From Escherichia coli (GTDB lineage Bacteria > Pseudomonadota > Gammaproteobacteria > Enterobacterales > Enterobacteriaceae): a stretch of 64,000 bases of DNA. The position numbers and the translations under genes were made by a program. Positions within the stretch are counted from its first letter, which is position 1. Every line of letters starts with the position of its first letter. Location: the NCBI RefSeq assembly GCF_030013205.1, contig NZ_CP122648.1; one strand, given 5' to 3'. The notes below the pieces were generated by a model. That model saw only the letters and a program-made list of their open reading frames with translations. It did no database searches and was not told the DNA's origin. Below, one piece after another: positions 33,756 to 41,580 of the stretch.

Positions 33756-33782
33756 AAAAAAGGCCCCCCGATTTGGGAGGCC
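33756..33782 (-). terminator. pheA attenuator terminator
   Basis: The minus strand reads aaggcctcccaaatcggggggcctttttta, lying between pheL and pheA. Confidence 0.85.
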
Positions 33783-33830
33783 TTATTGTTCGTCTTCGCA
33801 TTCTGTTTCACACGACGAAACGCCTCCCAT

Positions 33831-33878
33831 TCAGGGGAAGGTAAAAAAGAATGCGAAGAAAAACGGTGTGTGTTTCAT
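33831..33878 (-). CDS. pheL: pheA leader peptide PheL (15 aa, MKHTPFFFAFFFTFP)
   Basis: The minus strand reads ATGAAACACACACCGTTTTTCTTCGCATTCTTTTTTACCTTCCCCTGA, a Phe-rich leader. It is too short for the ORF track. Confidence 0.95.
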   Translation of the reverse strand: MKHTPFFFAFFFTFP

Positions 33879-33894
33879 GTTTGTTTCCTTAAGT

Positions 33895-33956
33895 GACTTT
33901 AGTACAGTACCCGTACTGTTTTCACGCTGTCAACAAAAAACGCGCCCGAAGGTGCG
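33895..33956 (-). promoter_or_regulatory. pheL-pheA promoter preceded by an upstream terminator hairpin
   Basis: On the minus strand the hairpin cgcaccttcgggcgcg followed by tttttt (33935-33956) precedes TTGACA (33928-33933) and ...gtactgtactaaag. This matches the K-12 pheA promoter region as I recall it. Confidence 0.65.
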
Positions 33957-34045
33957 TTGTAAAACCCACTGAATTCAATGTTTTCCCTTTGTTTTCAGTG
34001 GGTTTTGTTATTGGTGGGGGTTACTGATTACCCTATAAAACCCAC

Positions 34046-35035
34046 TTATGTGGATGAAATGTGGATGCCTCCTTTTAATGGATTAAGTGAAATTGCATCC
34101 TGGAGGAAATCAGGAGCGAGGTGCGCATAGGTCATAGTTTGCTGGATCGTGGCGTGCCCCATAATTCGCTGGAGCGTAAGTATATTTCCTCCATTAATCA
34201 TAAAGTGAGCAGCAAAGGTATGGCGTAGAACATGTACAGCCTGTCCTTTTGGTAGGTCTGGCTTAACACTGCGAAGCACCTTGCGATATTCTTCATAATT
34301 GACGTCAAACAAAAGGCCGGATTTCTTTGTTTTGATCTCACTAACAACTTCATCAGAGACAGGAATAATTCGAACTTTTCCGTTTTTAGTTTTGTTAAAC
34401 GTCACGCGATTATTGATGATGTGTTCCGCGCGCAGATTTTTCGCTTCTCCCCATCTCGCCCCAGTACTGAGACAAAGTAGCGTAATCCGCCGAGCATCAC
34501 CGCTTACTGCATCCAGCAATTTGGCGATTTCTTCCGTAGTGAGGTACGTCATTTCGGGTGATTTTCGTTTCAAAGAGGGGAGGGCGCGGAGTGGATTTTC
34601 TCCGTGAAATTCTCCGGCATTTGCCAGGAGTGTAAACATTCCTCCGAGATCCGACTCATCACGCCGAACAGTAGACTCTTTTACTCCCAAGGATAAACGG
34701 GAGCTTCGATAAGCTGCCATGAAACGAGCATTAATCTGGCTAACCCTTGGATCATTCATTTCTTTGATGATTTTTTTCAATCTGGTTAGAACGCCGTTAG
34801 CATATGGCTTATTGCGTCCACCCAATTCCCACCATAACGGAAGCAGATCTGAGAGATGACGTTGCTCTGTTGGCTTTTCAAGCCATTCCTTATCGTGCAT
34901 GTGGCTGAGAACATAGCGCTCAAAGGCCACTGCATCTGCCTTTTTCTTAAAAATCCGCTGGATCCGACGTCCACTTCGGCCACGCGGTCTAACATCCACT
35001 TTATACCGTCCACCATCGAGTGCTTTAATTGCCAT
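34046..35035 (-). CDS. int: Phage tyrosine integrase (P2 Int-like)
   Basis: 329 aa from MAIKALDGGRYKVDVRPRG.... The catalytic region has ...TGARWGEA...HVLRHTFAAHF...GHATIQQTMTYAHL (R...HxxR...Y). The ORF-track start at 35068 adds 11 aa. Confidence 0.9.
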   Translation of the reverse strand: MAIKALDGGRYKVDVRPRGRSGRRIQRIFKKKADAVAFERYVLSHMHDKEWLEKPTEQRHLSDLLPLWWELGGRNKPYANGVLTRLKKIIKEMNDPRVSQINARFMAAYRSSRLSLGVKESTVRRDESDLGGMFTLLANAGEFHGENPLRALPSLKRKSPEMTYLTTEEIAKLLDAVSGDARRITLLCLSTGARWGEAKNLRAEHIINNRVTFNKTKNGKVRIIPVSDEVVSEIKTKKSGLLFDVNYEEYRKVLRSVKPDLPKGQAVHVLRHTFAAHFMINGGNILTLQRIMGHATIQQTMTYAHLAPDFLQDAISLNPLKGGIHISST

Positions 35036-35101
35036 TGGCAAGCCCTCCGGTGAAACGAGGAAAGACATTTCCAGTTTGTAAAACGTAAGAATAATAAAGG
35101 G

Positions 35102-35404
35102 TTAACCAATTTTCCTTTCGGATGGGGGTAAATCCGTTGGTTCTTGCCCATAGTGTGCGAGAGCCGGAGCTATCTGCCCGGATTCAGGCGCAATTTTTCC
35201 AGTCATAAACCACAACGCATATTTCTCAAATCTGGGGTTGTTTAGTATTTGCTCAATTACTTCAGCATTAGGGATAGTTTTACCGCTTTCATATCTCCAC
35301 AGAGCATCACGGTTTAAACCAAGCATTTTTGCTGTATCCGGGAGGCTAGTAAGTCTCTCGCTTTCACGCATGATTTTTATGCGCTCTCCAATAGTCATAC
35401 GCAT
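35102..35404 (-). CDS. Immunity repressor, P2 C homolog
   Basis: 100 aa. ...KYALWFMTGKIAPESGQIAPALAHYGQ... closely parallels P2 C (...YTLWFMTNQIAPESGQIAPALAHFGQ...). It has an HTH N-terminus. The ATG at 35404 is preceded by ggaga. Confidence 0.88.
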   Translation of the reverse strand: MRMTIGERIKIMRESERLTSLPDTAKMLGLNRDALWRYESGKTIPNAEVIEQILNNPRFEKYALWFMTGKIAPESGQIAPALAHYGQEPTDLPPSERKIG

Positions 35405-35499
35405 GTTGCAATTCTCCAACGTCTGTATTAATGTTTATACAAATGAGTTTGATTTGGGGCATCCGTCGCAAGAAATACCCCAAACAGGGAGATTATCAC
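35405..35499. promoter_or_regulatory. Divergent lysogenic/early promoter-operator region (analog of P2 Pc/Pe)
   Basis: Called from its position between the divergent C-like and Cox-like genes. It contains the inverted repeat tttgggg...ccccaaa. The individual promoters are not resolved. Confidence 0.5.
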
Positions 35500-35826
35500 A
35501 TGAATGAAGAACTATTGAGGGCATTGTTTAAGATCCCGGACCCCATCACCGTCGATGAGTTTTCCCGCCGCACAGGTAAGACCGAATCAGCCGTAAGAAA
35601 GTTGGTAGAGCGTCGACTCATCCCTCTAACTACTGAGCGCGAGGTTTTAGGCGAGGAAGGGAGTTCGCGCCGTCTTCTCATCCTTTGGAATGAGTGGCTC
35701 GAAATGGTCTATGACGCAACGAAACAGCTTCCTCCTGAGCGTAAAGATTGGCGCAATCACTGGCTTAAGAAAGCCAAGAAGCTGGCGGAAGATTTGGGAT
35801 TAGGCTTCCTTAATTTTGCTGCATGA
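35500..35826 (+). CDS. Cox-like excisionase/early repressor
   Basis: 108 aa. ...TVDEFSRRTGKTESAVRKLVERRLIPL... and ...ILWNEWLEMVY...RKDWRNHWL parallel P2 Cox (EFAKLIGKSTGAVRRMIDKGKLPV...RDGWLMWLG). It is the first gene of the rightward operon. Confidence 0.75.
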   Translation: MNEELLRALFKIPDPITVDEFSRRTGKTESAVRKLVERRLIPLTTEREVLGEEGSSRRLLILWNEWLEMVYDATKQLPPERKDWRNHWLKKAKKLAEDLGLGFLNFAA

Positions 35827-35844
35827 GATGCAGGGAGTTTTGAT

Positions 35845-36186
35845 ATGAAACAGCAACGTAATTCACGCTTTCGTAATGGTGCTGAACGCCACGCTAACCG
35901 TTTCGCTACCAGTGCATCACGCAGCAACATCCGCTACAGCCTGAGCGAAACACACGCAACGCCGGATGGCTACCCAGTAAAACAAATCGGCGAGCACGCC
36001 TGGTTGATTGAGAAAGCTGGAATCGTGGTCCACAAATGCCCACACAATCCGTTTACCGGAAACCGCATTTTTGCACTAAGCAGCGGCGACAATCAGTTCG
36101 GACAGGATTTCACATTGTACGAAGCACTTCGTACAGTTGATCGTCTGCTTCGCGGACAAAGTTTTATTAAACAGGCTGATTTATAA
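35845..36186 (+). CDS. Early-operon hypothetical protein (113 aa)
   Basis: An ORF with tight spacing in a co-directional early gene string. No family recognised. Confidence 0.6.
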   Translation: MKQQRNSRFRNGAERHANRFATSASRSNIRYSLSETHATPDGYPVKQIGEHAWLIEKAGIVVHKCPHNPFTGNRIFALSSGDNQFGQDFTLYEALRTVDRLLRGQSFIKQADL

Positions 36187-36196
36187 CAGGTGCTTT

Positions 36197-36475
36197 ATGA
36201 CCAAAGAGCATGCACAAGGTGTATTTATCCGTTTTATTGATTTTCGCGGTGAACTGTTATTACGCGCATCGGCTATTGATGCTGTAGTTCCGGCAGAAAA
36301 AGATGTGGCCACTTACCTTTATCTGAACGGCACGCGATTGTTTGTGGAACTTCCGTACCAGACCGTACGCGAAATCATTAACGAAGCTGAAAAGGCACGT
36401 CAGGTTAATGGCGATGAACCATATATCGAAATTATCTGCATGGATTCAGAAACTGAAATTCAGAAAGCAGATTAA
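36197..36475 (+). CDS. Early-operon hypothetical protein (92 aa)
   Basis: The ATG at 36197 (MTKEHAQGVFIRF...) follows the previous stop by 10 nt. The ORF-track start at 36137 overlaps the previous gene. Confidence 0.55.
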   Translation: MTKEHAQGVFIRFIDFRGELLLRASAIDAVVPAEKDVATYLYLNGTRLFVELPYQTVREIINEAEKARQVNGDEPYIEIICMDSETEIQKAD

Positions 36476-36486
36476 AGGGCGTTGCG

Positions 36487-36729
36487 ATGGGCAAAGAATA
36501 TAAAACTCTCATTAACAAAGCACTTGAGCGTTTTTATTTTCGCTTAAGTGCATCAGGCGCTCATGCTGAACGTGCAGCCCGCGACTCATTGACCAGGGCA
36601 ATTCGGAGTCTGTATGACGTGGCTTTTTACGCTGATGATCTGGATGCACTTAACGAACTTTCCGAGCTGATCTGTGCCGCAGAATGCGGGGAACATATTG
36701 AACCGTATAAGCTGGGGAATATTGCATGA
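36487..36729 (+). CDS. Early-operon hypothetical protein (80 aa)
   Basis: ORF in the early gene string. No family recognised. Confidence 0.55.
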   Translation: MGKEYKTLINKALERFYFRLSASGAHAERAARDSLTRAIRSLYDVAFYADDLDALNELSELICAAECGEHIEPYKLGNIA

Positions 36730-36839
36730 GTATATTTATCTCATGGCTTGTTCTGATTATTTCGGTGGCCTGCGCCATTGGGATTATGCGAATTATTAAT
36801 TCAGTAAAAAAGATTGAACGCTTTTTCACTGGTGAATAA
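36726..36839 (+). CDS. Possible small membrane protein (37 aa, MSIFISWLVLIISVACAIGIMRIINSVKKIERFFTGE)
   Basis: ATGA overlap with the preceding stop. It has a single hydrophobic helix followed by a basic tail. It is below the ORF-track size cut-off. Confidence 0.4.
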   Translation: MSIFISWLVLIISVACAIGIMRIINSVKKIERFFTGE

Positions 36840-36925
36840 CAGCGCAAATAAAACCACAGGTTAAATAAGAAAATGTAAAAACAATCCGCATTCGCGGAGG
36901 TATTCGCACACGCCAAGGAGGCGCA

Positions 36926-37129
36926 ATGGCAATTAAGCATTTTCCCGTCGTTCGTTTCACTTCCAGAGGACGTGAATACGAGGTCGACGAACGCCTGATT
37001 ACCACAATCGACAAACACCGTTCAGAACAGGATGCACATCACATCTATCTCACTGACGGCACTTACTTCTGCGCCACGAATGTGGTGCGGGTGAACCTTA
37101 TCCGACAGGTACAGGAGTCACGCAGATGA
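36926..37129 (+). CDS. Early-operon hypothetical protein (67 aa)
   Basis: Strong RBS aaggagg 6 nt upstream of the ATG. Confidence 0.6.
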   Translation: MAIKHFPVVRFTSRGREYEVDERLITTIDKHRSEQDAHHIYLTDGTYFCATNVVRVNLIRQVQESRR

Positions 37130-37371
37130 CCATTCTGGACTACATCGCCGCCAATCCGGGTTGTAGCGGTGGAGAAATCGCCGCAGCACTGAATACCCCA
37201 ACCACAGCCATTAATGCGGAGTTACGCCGACTCTGGCGCAGCGGTTCAGTCATAAGAAAAGAGCGCAAAACAGGCGGTCGCTTTTCTTACCAGATAAACC
37301 CGATGCCGTTCGGGTGCGGCAATCCACTTACCAACATGTTTAACCAGCTACTGAAGGAAGCCAGAGCATGA
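37126..37371 (+). CDS. Small winged-helix-like DNA-binding protein (81 aa)
   Basis: MTILDYIAANPGCSGGEIAAALNTPTTAINAELRRLWRSGSVIRKE... shows a MarR/wHTH-like pattern. ATGA-type overlaps occur on both sides. Confidence 0.55.
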   Translation: MTILDYIAANPGCSGGEIAAALNTPTTAINAELRRLWRSGSVIRKERKTGGRFSYQINPMPFGCGNPLTNMFNQLLKEARA

Positions 37372-37667
37372 GCGCCATCAACCACCAGGAATTACGCGAA
37401 CTGGCGACTGACCTGCAACGAATGGCAACGCCTCAAAAATTACTGGCGTTTCGCGCAATGCTCTCGCCGTCTGCTGTGCTGGCGCTGCTGGATGAGCTGG
37501 AGCACGCCAGAACCACACCTCTCGCCATTCGCCTGACGCTCCATCATGAAATCGCTGATTTCTGCGCGACATTGGAGGCGCCAGGCGAACCGGAAACGCC
37601 GGAAGCAATACAGCAAGAGCTGCTGCAACGCATTGACAAGGTTTTTGATTTTTTTCTGAACCACTAA
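37368..37667 (+). CDS. Early-operon hypothetical protein (99 aa)
   Basis: ORF overlapping the previous stop. No family recognised. Confidence 0.55.
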   Translation: MSAINHQELRELATDLQRMATPQKLLAFRAMLSPSAVLALLDELEHARTTPLAIRLTLHHEIADFCATLEAPGEPETPEAIQQELLQRIDKVFDFFLNH

Positions 37668-37789
37668 GAAACCAGAACATGCACACACAAAAAAACCGCT
37701 TGCCATGCCGTAATCAGTCAGGTTACATTTCCGCTGCACCTCATAAAACGGGTGCCGGGATTCTCAACCCGATACAGAGCAAAGCGCAT

Positions 37790-37810
37790 AACCGCGCCAG
37801 CGGTTTTTTT
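37790..37810 (+). terminator. Intrinsic-terminator-like hairpin inside the early operon
   Basis: aaccgc-gcca-gcggtt followed by seven T. The same T-run and agcgg can alternatively pair with aaaaaaaccgct at 37689-37700. Confidence 0.55.
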
Positions 37811-37989
37811 GTGCGTACTGTATTGCCACGTCTTTTTCGCGTCAGAATTATGGCGGGGCGTACGGGGCCGACTTCGGTCGGGCCGGATTCTTTGCTCTCC
37901 GGTGTTGAGAACCCTGTACGTCTCGCCACCCCGAGATTCTCAACTCTGGATGGTGAGTTATTTCTATCACCGAGCAAAGAGGCCACACC

Positions 37990-38220
37990 ATGGCAAACCG
38001 CAAACAGCACCGCGCATACGCTGCGCGTCGTCACATCCAGACTGAAATCAACCGCAGACTTTCCCGCGCATTCCGCGTCGCTAAAATCATGCACATCAAT
38101 ATGCTGCATGAGCGTAGCTGCGAACTTTCAAACCTCTATTCATCCGCTGTTTTCAGCTATCTGGCGGATGATCTGCGCGAGCTTCAGCAGCTCTTCCAGC
38201 AGCAAAACAAACCCCATTAA
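37990..38220 (+). CDS. Early-operon hypothetical basic protein (76 aa)
   Basis: RBS agagg 7 nt upstream. MANRKQHRAYAARRHIQTEINRRLSRAF.... It is more protein-like than the overlapping 205-aa ORF. Confidence 0.55.
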   Translation: MANRKQHRAYAARRHIQTEINRRLSRAFRVAKIMHINMLHERSCELSNLYSSAVFSYLADDLRELQQLFQQQNKPH

Positions 38221-38292
38221 TTCCTGTTCCGGGCCTTTCCTGCACCTTGCGGCGGGAGGCCTTCGCACATCTGTAGTAAAGAGAATTGCAGC

Positions 38293-38682
38293 ATGATTGA
38301 CGCTCATGACTTCACAAGATGGGTGCGCACACAGGACACCCGTCTGGCTCCCGTTCTTCAGGGATTATTTGATCTCTACATCCGTGGTCGTGACAACAGA
38401 GCACGCACCACAAAACCGGAGAATGCAGACACCCTTTATTTCACAGTAGACGACTGCTACCGCGTGGACTTCACACCACACGGGCTGGCGTTGCACTGCC
38501 TGACACCACACGGCGAATCACTACTGGCGTATTACGACTCCCCGGCCTCCGTATTTGCGGCAATGCTGGCGCATCGCACTGCTGGCGGGTGTGCCTCGCT
38601 GAGTGAATACACCGCTGAATTTGACCGCCTTTCCGCCATCTTCTCGCAGGAGTGGCAGCGCGTGACGGGATACCAGCCATGA
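38293..38682 (+). CDS. Early-operon hypothetical protein (129 aa)
   Basis: The ORF's stop overlaps the gpA start (ATGA at 38679-38682). Confidence 0.6.
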   Translation: MIDAHDFTRWVRTQDTRLAPVLQGLFDLYIRGRDNRARTTKPENADTLYFTVDDCYRVDFTPHGLALHCLTPHGESLLAYYDSPASVFAAMLAHRTAGGCASLSEYTAEFDRLSAIFSQEWQRVTGYQP

Positions 38683-41504
38683 GTGAGTTTGCATGGAGCT
38701 GGAATGAACCACGACCAGCCATTGATCCGGCCAGATTTACGGAGCGCAGGCAGGAAACTGAAACCGACTTGCAACGCGCCATCCGTTACTACCTTGAGGC
38801 GGACAAAAAGGCCCGGGAAGAACAGGAAGCGAAGGAGGAAGCCTTTTTCGCACAATCCGCCATGGGTAAAAAACTCATGGCATCCCTTGAGGAAGCCGGA
38901 CAGCGTGAAAAGCTGGCACAGAGCATCATCAGTAAGCGCCGGGCAACAGAACAAGACCCAGTAGCCCGTGCCTTTGCCACACTAAAGGCACTACCTGTTT
39001 ATCTGCGTGAACCACTGAGCCGCCACCTCTCTTTCCTGCGCAAAAAACAGGAAGCCGATCGCCAGAAAGGCAAAAAGAGCTGGCAGGCGGAACGCTATGC
39101 ACGCGGAACCCTGCGCAAAATATTCGAACGTCTAGATCGCACTGACGGACGCTGGCTGACACCGGGTTATCGCTCCCTTGCCGGGCGCGAACGCCTGGAC
39201 GATTTGCTTTACCTGCCGCAGCTCAACAAGCACCAGATACAGACGCTGGCCACCATGACCGCGGCGATGTTCAGCAGCACCTTCGAAACACTCTGCGATG
39301 GCTTTGGTGCCAGAGATGGCGAGCTGACCATGGATGTAATGTTGAAGGCTTACCGGATGCTGGCTCGTATCGCATTACGCCTGCACATCATGCCGCCACA
39401 TTACGAAGCCCTGAACAAGAGCGAACCGGATACGGAACTGCTGCCGGGCGCAATCCTTCGCCTGACCTGTGCGGACTGGTGGAAACGCAAACTGTGGCTG
39501 TTACGTTGCGAGTGGAGAGAAGAACAACTCCGCGCCGCCTGTCTGGTTTCCAGAAAAACATCACCCTATCTGAGCCAGGACGCGTTAAGCGAGTTTCGCG
39601 CACAGCGCGAGAAAACACGCGATTTCCTGAAAAGTTTCATGCTGGAAAATGAAGACGGGTTCACGATTGATCTCGAGACGGTGTATTACGCGGGAGTAAG
39701 TAACCCGGTTCACCGTAAGGCAGAAATGATGGCCACCATGAAGGGACTGGAACTTCTGGCCGAAGCCCGTGGCGACAGAGCGGTGTTTCTGACTGTCACC
39801 TGCCCGTCAAAATACCACGCAACAACGGAGAACGGTCATCCGAATCCCAAATGGAACGGGGCCACCATGCGCGACTCCAGCGATTACCTGGTTAACACGT
39901 TTTTTGCGGCGGTCCGCAAGAAACTGAACCGCGACGGCCTGCGCTGGTATGGCATCCGCACGGTGGAGCCTCACCATGACGGCACCGTGCACTGGCATAT
40001 GATGGTCTTTGCCCATCCGGAAGAAATCGACACCATTGTGTCCCACACCCGCGATATTGCCATTCAGGAAGATCGTCACGAGCTGGGCGATGATATTACT
40101 CCGCGCTTTAAGGCGGAGTATGTAGACGGCTCAAAAGGCACGCCAACCAGCTACATCGCCACCTACATCGGAAAGAACCTGGACAGCCGCGCCGTGGATG
40201 GCATCGACCCGAAAACAGGCAAACCACGCGTTGACCACGAAACCGGAAAATCAATGGCCGAGAGCGTGGAGCGCGCCATCGGCTGGGCGCGCCTTCACCG
40301 GGTCCGCCAGTTCCAGTTCTTTGGCATCCCATCCCGTCAGGTGTGGCGTGAACTGCGCCGCCTTGCCAGCCAGATGGCACGCAACCCGGAAGGCCCGCAA
40401 CGGCTGAAGGATGACGCAATGGACGCGGTTCTTGCTGCCGCTGATGCCGGATGTTTTGCCACCTACATTGAGAAACAGGGCGGCGTACTTGTTCCACGCA
40501 AAGACTACCTGATTCGCACCGCCTACGACCTCGCAGATGAGCTGAACGATTACGGCGAACAGAGCGTACAGATTTACGGGATCTGGTCACCACTCATCGG
40601 GGAATCCTCCCGTGTGTGCACGCACCCGGATAACTGGAAGCTGGTAAGACGTAAACCGGAAGCGGAAGACAGCACCCGCGAAAATGGTTTTGACCTTCAG
40701 GGCGGCCCTGCCGCCCCTTGGACTCGTGGCAATAACTGTCCCCGTGTACAGGAAGCAGGCAACAGCGGGACAGAACTGTCGGAAGAGCAACCAACACCGT
40801 GGCCGCAGATCCCTGACGGCGTTGATGTGGATGAATGGATGCGCTCACTGAAACGGCACGAACGCCGGGCGCTGATGCGTTCGCTGCGTGACAAACAGGC
40901 AAAAAACAGCAGTGATGAAATGCAGAGCTGGACACAGAGCCGCAAACAGCAGCGGCCTTTGCCTGATAACCACGAATTACTCGCTAAAGAATGGCGGGAG
41001 TCTGCCGAATCTCTCGGCCTGCATATCGGTGAACAGCAGATGCAGCACCTGTTACGGGGCGGCAGCCTGTACGTTGACGGCAGCATCATTGCACCGCAGG
41101 GATTTGAAATTGTACGCAAACCGGATACCCGCCCGGACAGCCGAATCACGCAGCTCTGGCAGCGCCTGAGCCGTAATCATGGCGTAAGCAGCACGGAGAT
41201 CCGCCATAACCCGGTCGCCAGCTATCTGACACAGCTGGGGGCATCAGACCCTGAAGCCGCCGCACGCCTGGCATCCACACTTCAGCAGGACCAGAACACC
41301 ATGAAAACCCCCGTTACCGTGCTTTCTGACATGCTGCGCGCCATCCGTGACGCAGAGCACGCACAGAGAATCAGTGAAACAACTGAACGCGCCCGCCGCA
41401 AAGCAGACCTGCTGCGGGGTGGCCTGATCAGTGGAAACAAAAAACAGACAGAAACGGGATTCACAAATCCCGTAAATGAGCAAAAAACGTGCCGCGATGT
41501 ATGA
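38679..41504 (+). CDS. Rolling-circle replication initiator (P2 gpA family, HUH endonuclease) with long C-terminal extension
   Basis: 941 aa. HUH motif GTVHWHMMVF. The paired catalytic tyrosines lie in KGTPTSYIATYIGKNL (YxxxY). It occupies the last position of the early operon, as in P2 and 186. Confidence 0.85.
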   Translation: MSEFAWSWNEPRPAIDPARFTERRQETETDLQRAIRYYLEADKKAREEQEAKEEAFFAQSAMGKKLMASLEEAGQREKLAQSIISKRRATEQDPVARAFATLKALPVYLREPLSRHLSFLRKKQEADRQKGKKSWQAERYARGTLRKIFERLDRTDGRWLTPGYRSLAGRERLDDLLYLPQLNKHQIQTLATMTAAMFSSTFETLCDGFGARDGELTMDVMLKAYRMLARIALRLHIMPPHYEALNKSEPDTELLPGAILRLTCADWWKRKLWLLRCEWREEQLRAACLVSRKTSPYLSQDALSEFRAQREKTRDFLKSFMLENEDGFTIDLETVYYAGVSNPVHRKAEMMATMKGLELLAEARGDRAVFLTVTCPSKYHATTENGHPNPKWNGATMRDSSDYLVNTFFAAVRKKLNRDGLRWYGIRTVEPHHDGTVHWHMMVFAHPEEIDTIVSHTRDIAIQEDRHELGDDITPRFKAEYVDGSKGTPTSYIATYIGKNLDSRAVDGIDPKTGKPRVDHETGKSMAESVERAIGWARLHRVRQFQFFGIPSRQVWRELRRLASQMARNPEGPQRLKDDAMDAVLAAADAGCFATYIEKQGGVLVPRKDYLIRTAYDLADELNDYGEQSVQIYGIWSPLIGESSRVCTHPDNWKLVRRKPEAEDSTRENGFDLQGGPAAPWTRGNNCPRVQEAGNSGTELSEEQPTPWPQIPDGVDVDEWMRSLKRHERRALMRSLRDKQAKNSSDEMQSWTQSRKQQRPLPDNHELLAKEWRESAESLGLHIGEQQMQHLLRGGSLYVDGSIIAPQGFEIVRKPDTRPDSRITQLWQRLSRNHGVSSTEIRHNPVASYLTQLGASDPEAAARLASTLQQDQNTMKTPVTVLSDMLRAIRDAEHAQRISETTERARRKADLLRGGLISGNKKQTETGFTNPVNEQKTCRDV

Positions 41505-41549
41505 AGCGCGCACAAAACAGGCAAAAGCGGGATTCCAGAATCCCGTAAA
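41455..41549 (+). repeat. Two imperfect direct repeats, each with an internal palindrome, immediately upstream of parM
   Basis: cgggattcacaaatcccgtaaa (41455-41476) and cgggattccagaatcccgtaaa (41528-41549). The preceding aaaacag.caNaaNcggg context is also similar, giving units of about 40 bp spaced 73 bp apart. Confidence 0.8.
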
Positions 41550-41580
41550 CGGTTAATTAATCAACATAAGGAAAATCGAC

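Noticed and set aside
37679-38296. 205-aa plus-strand ORF spanning the early-operon gap
   Set aside because: It reads straight through a terminator-like hairpin and several strong stem-loops. It has a Ser/Arg/Thr-rich, non-protein-like sequence. It overlaps the better-supported 76-aa ORF (37990-38220), which has a good RBS.
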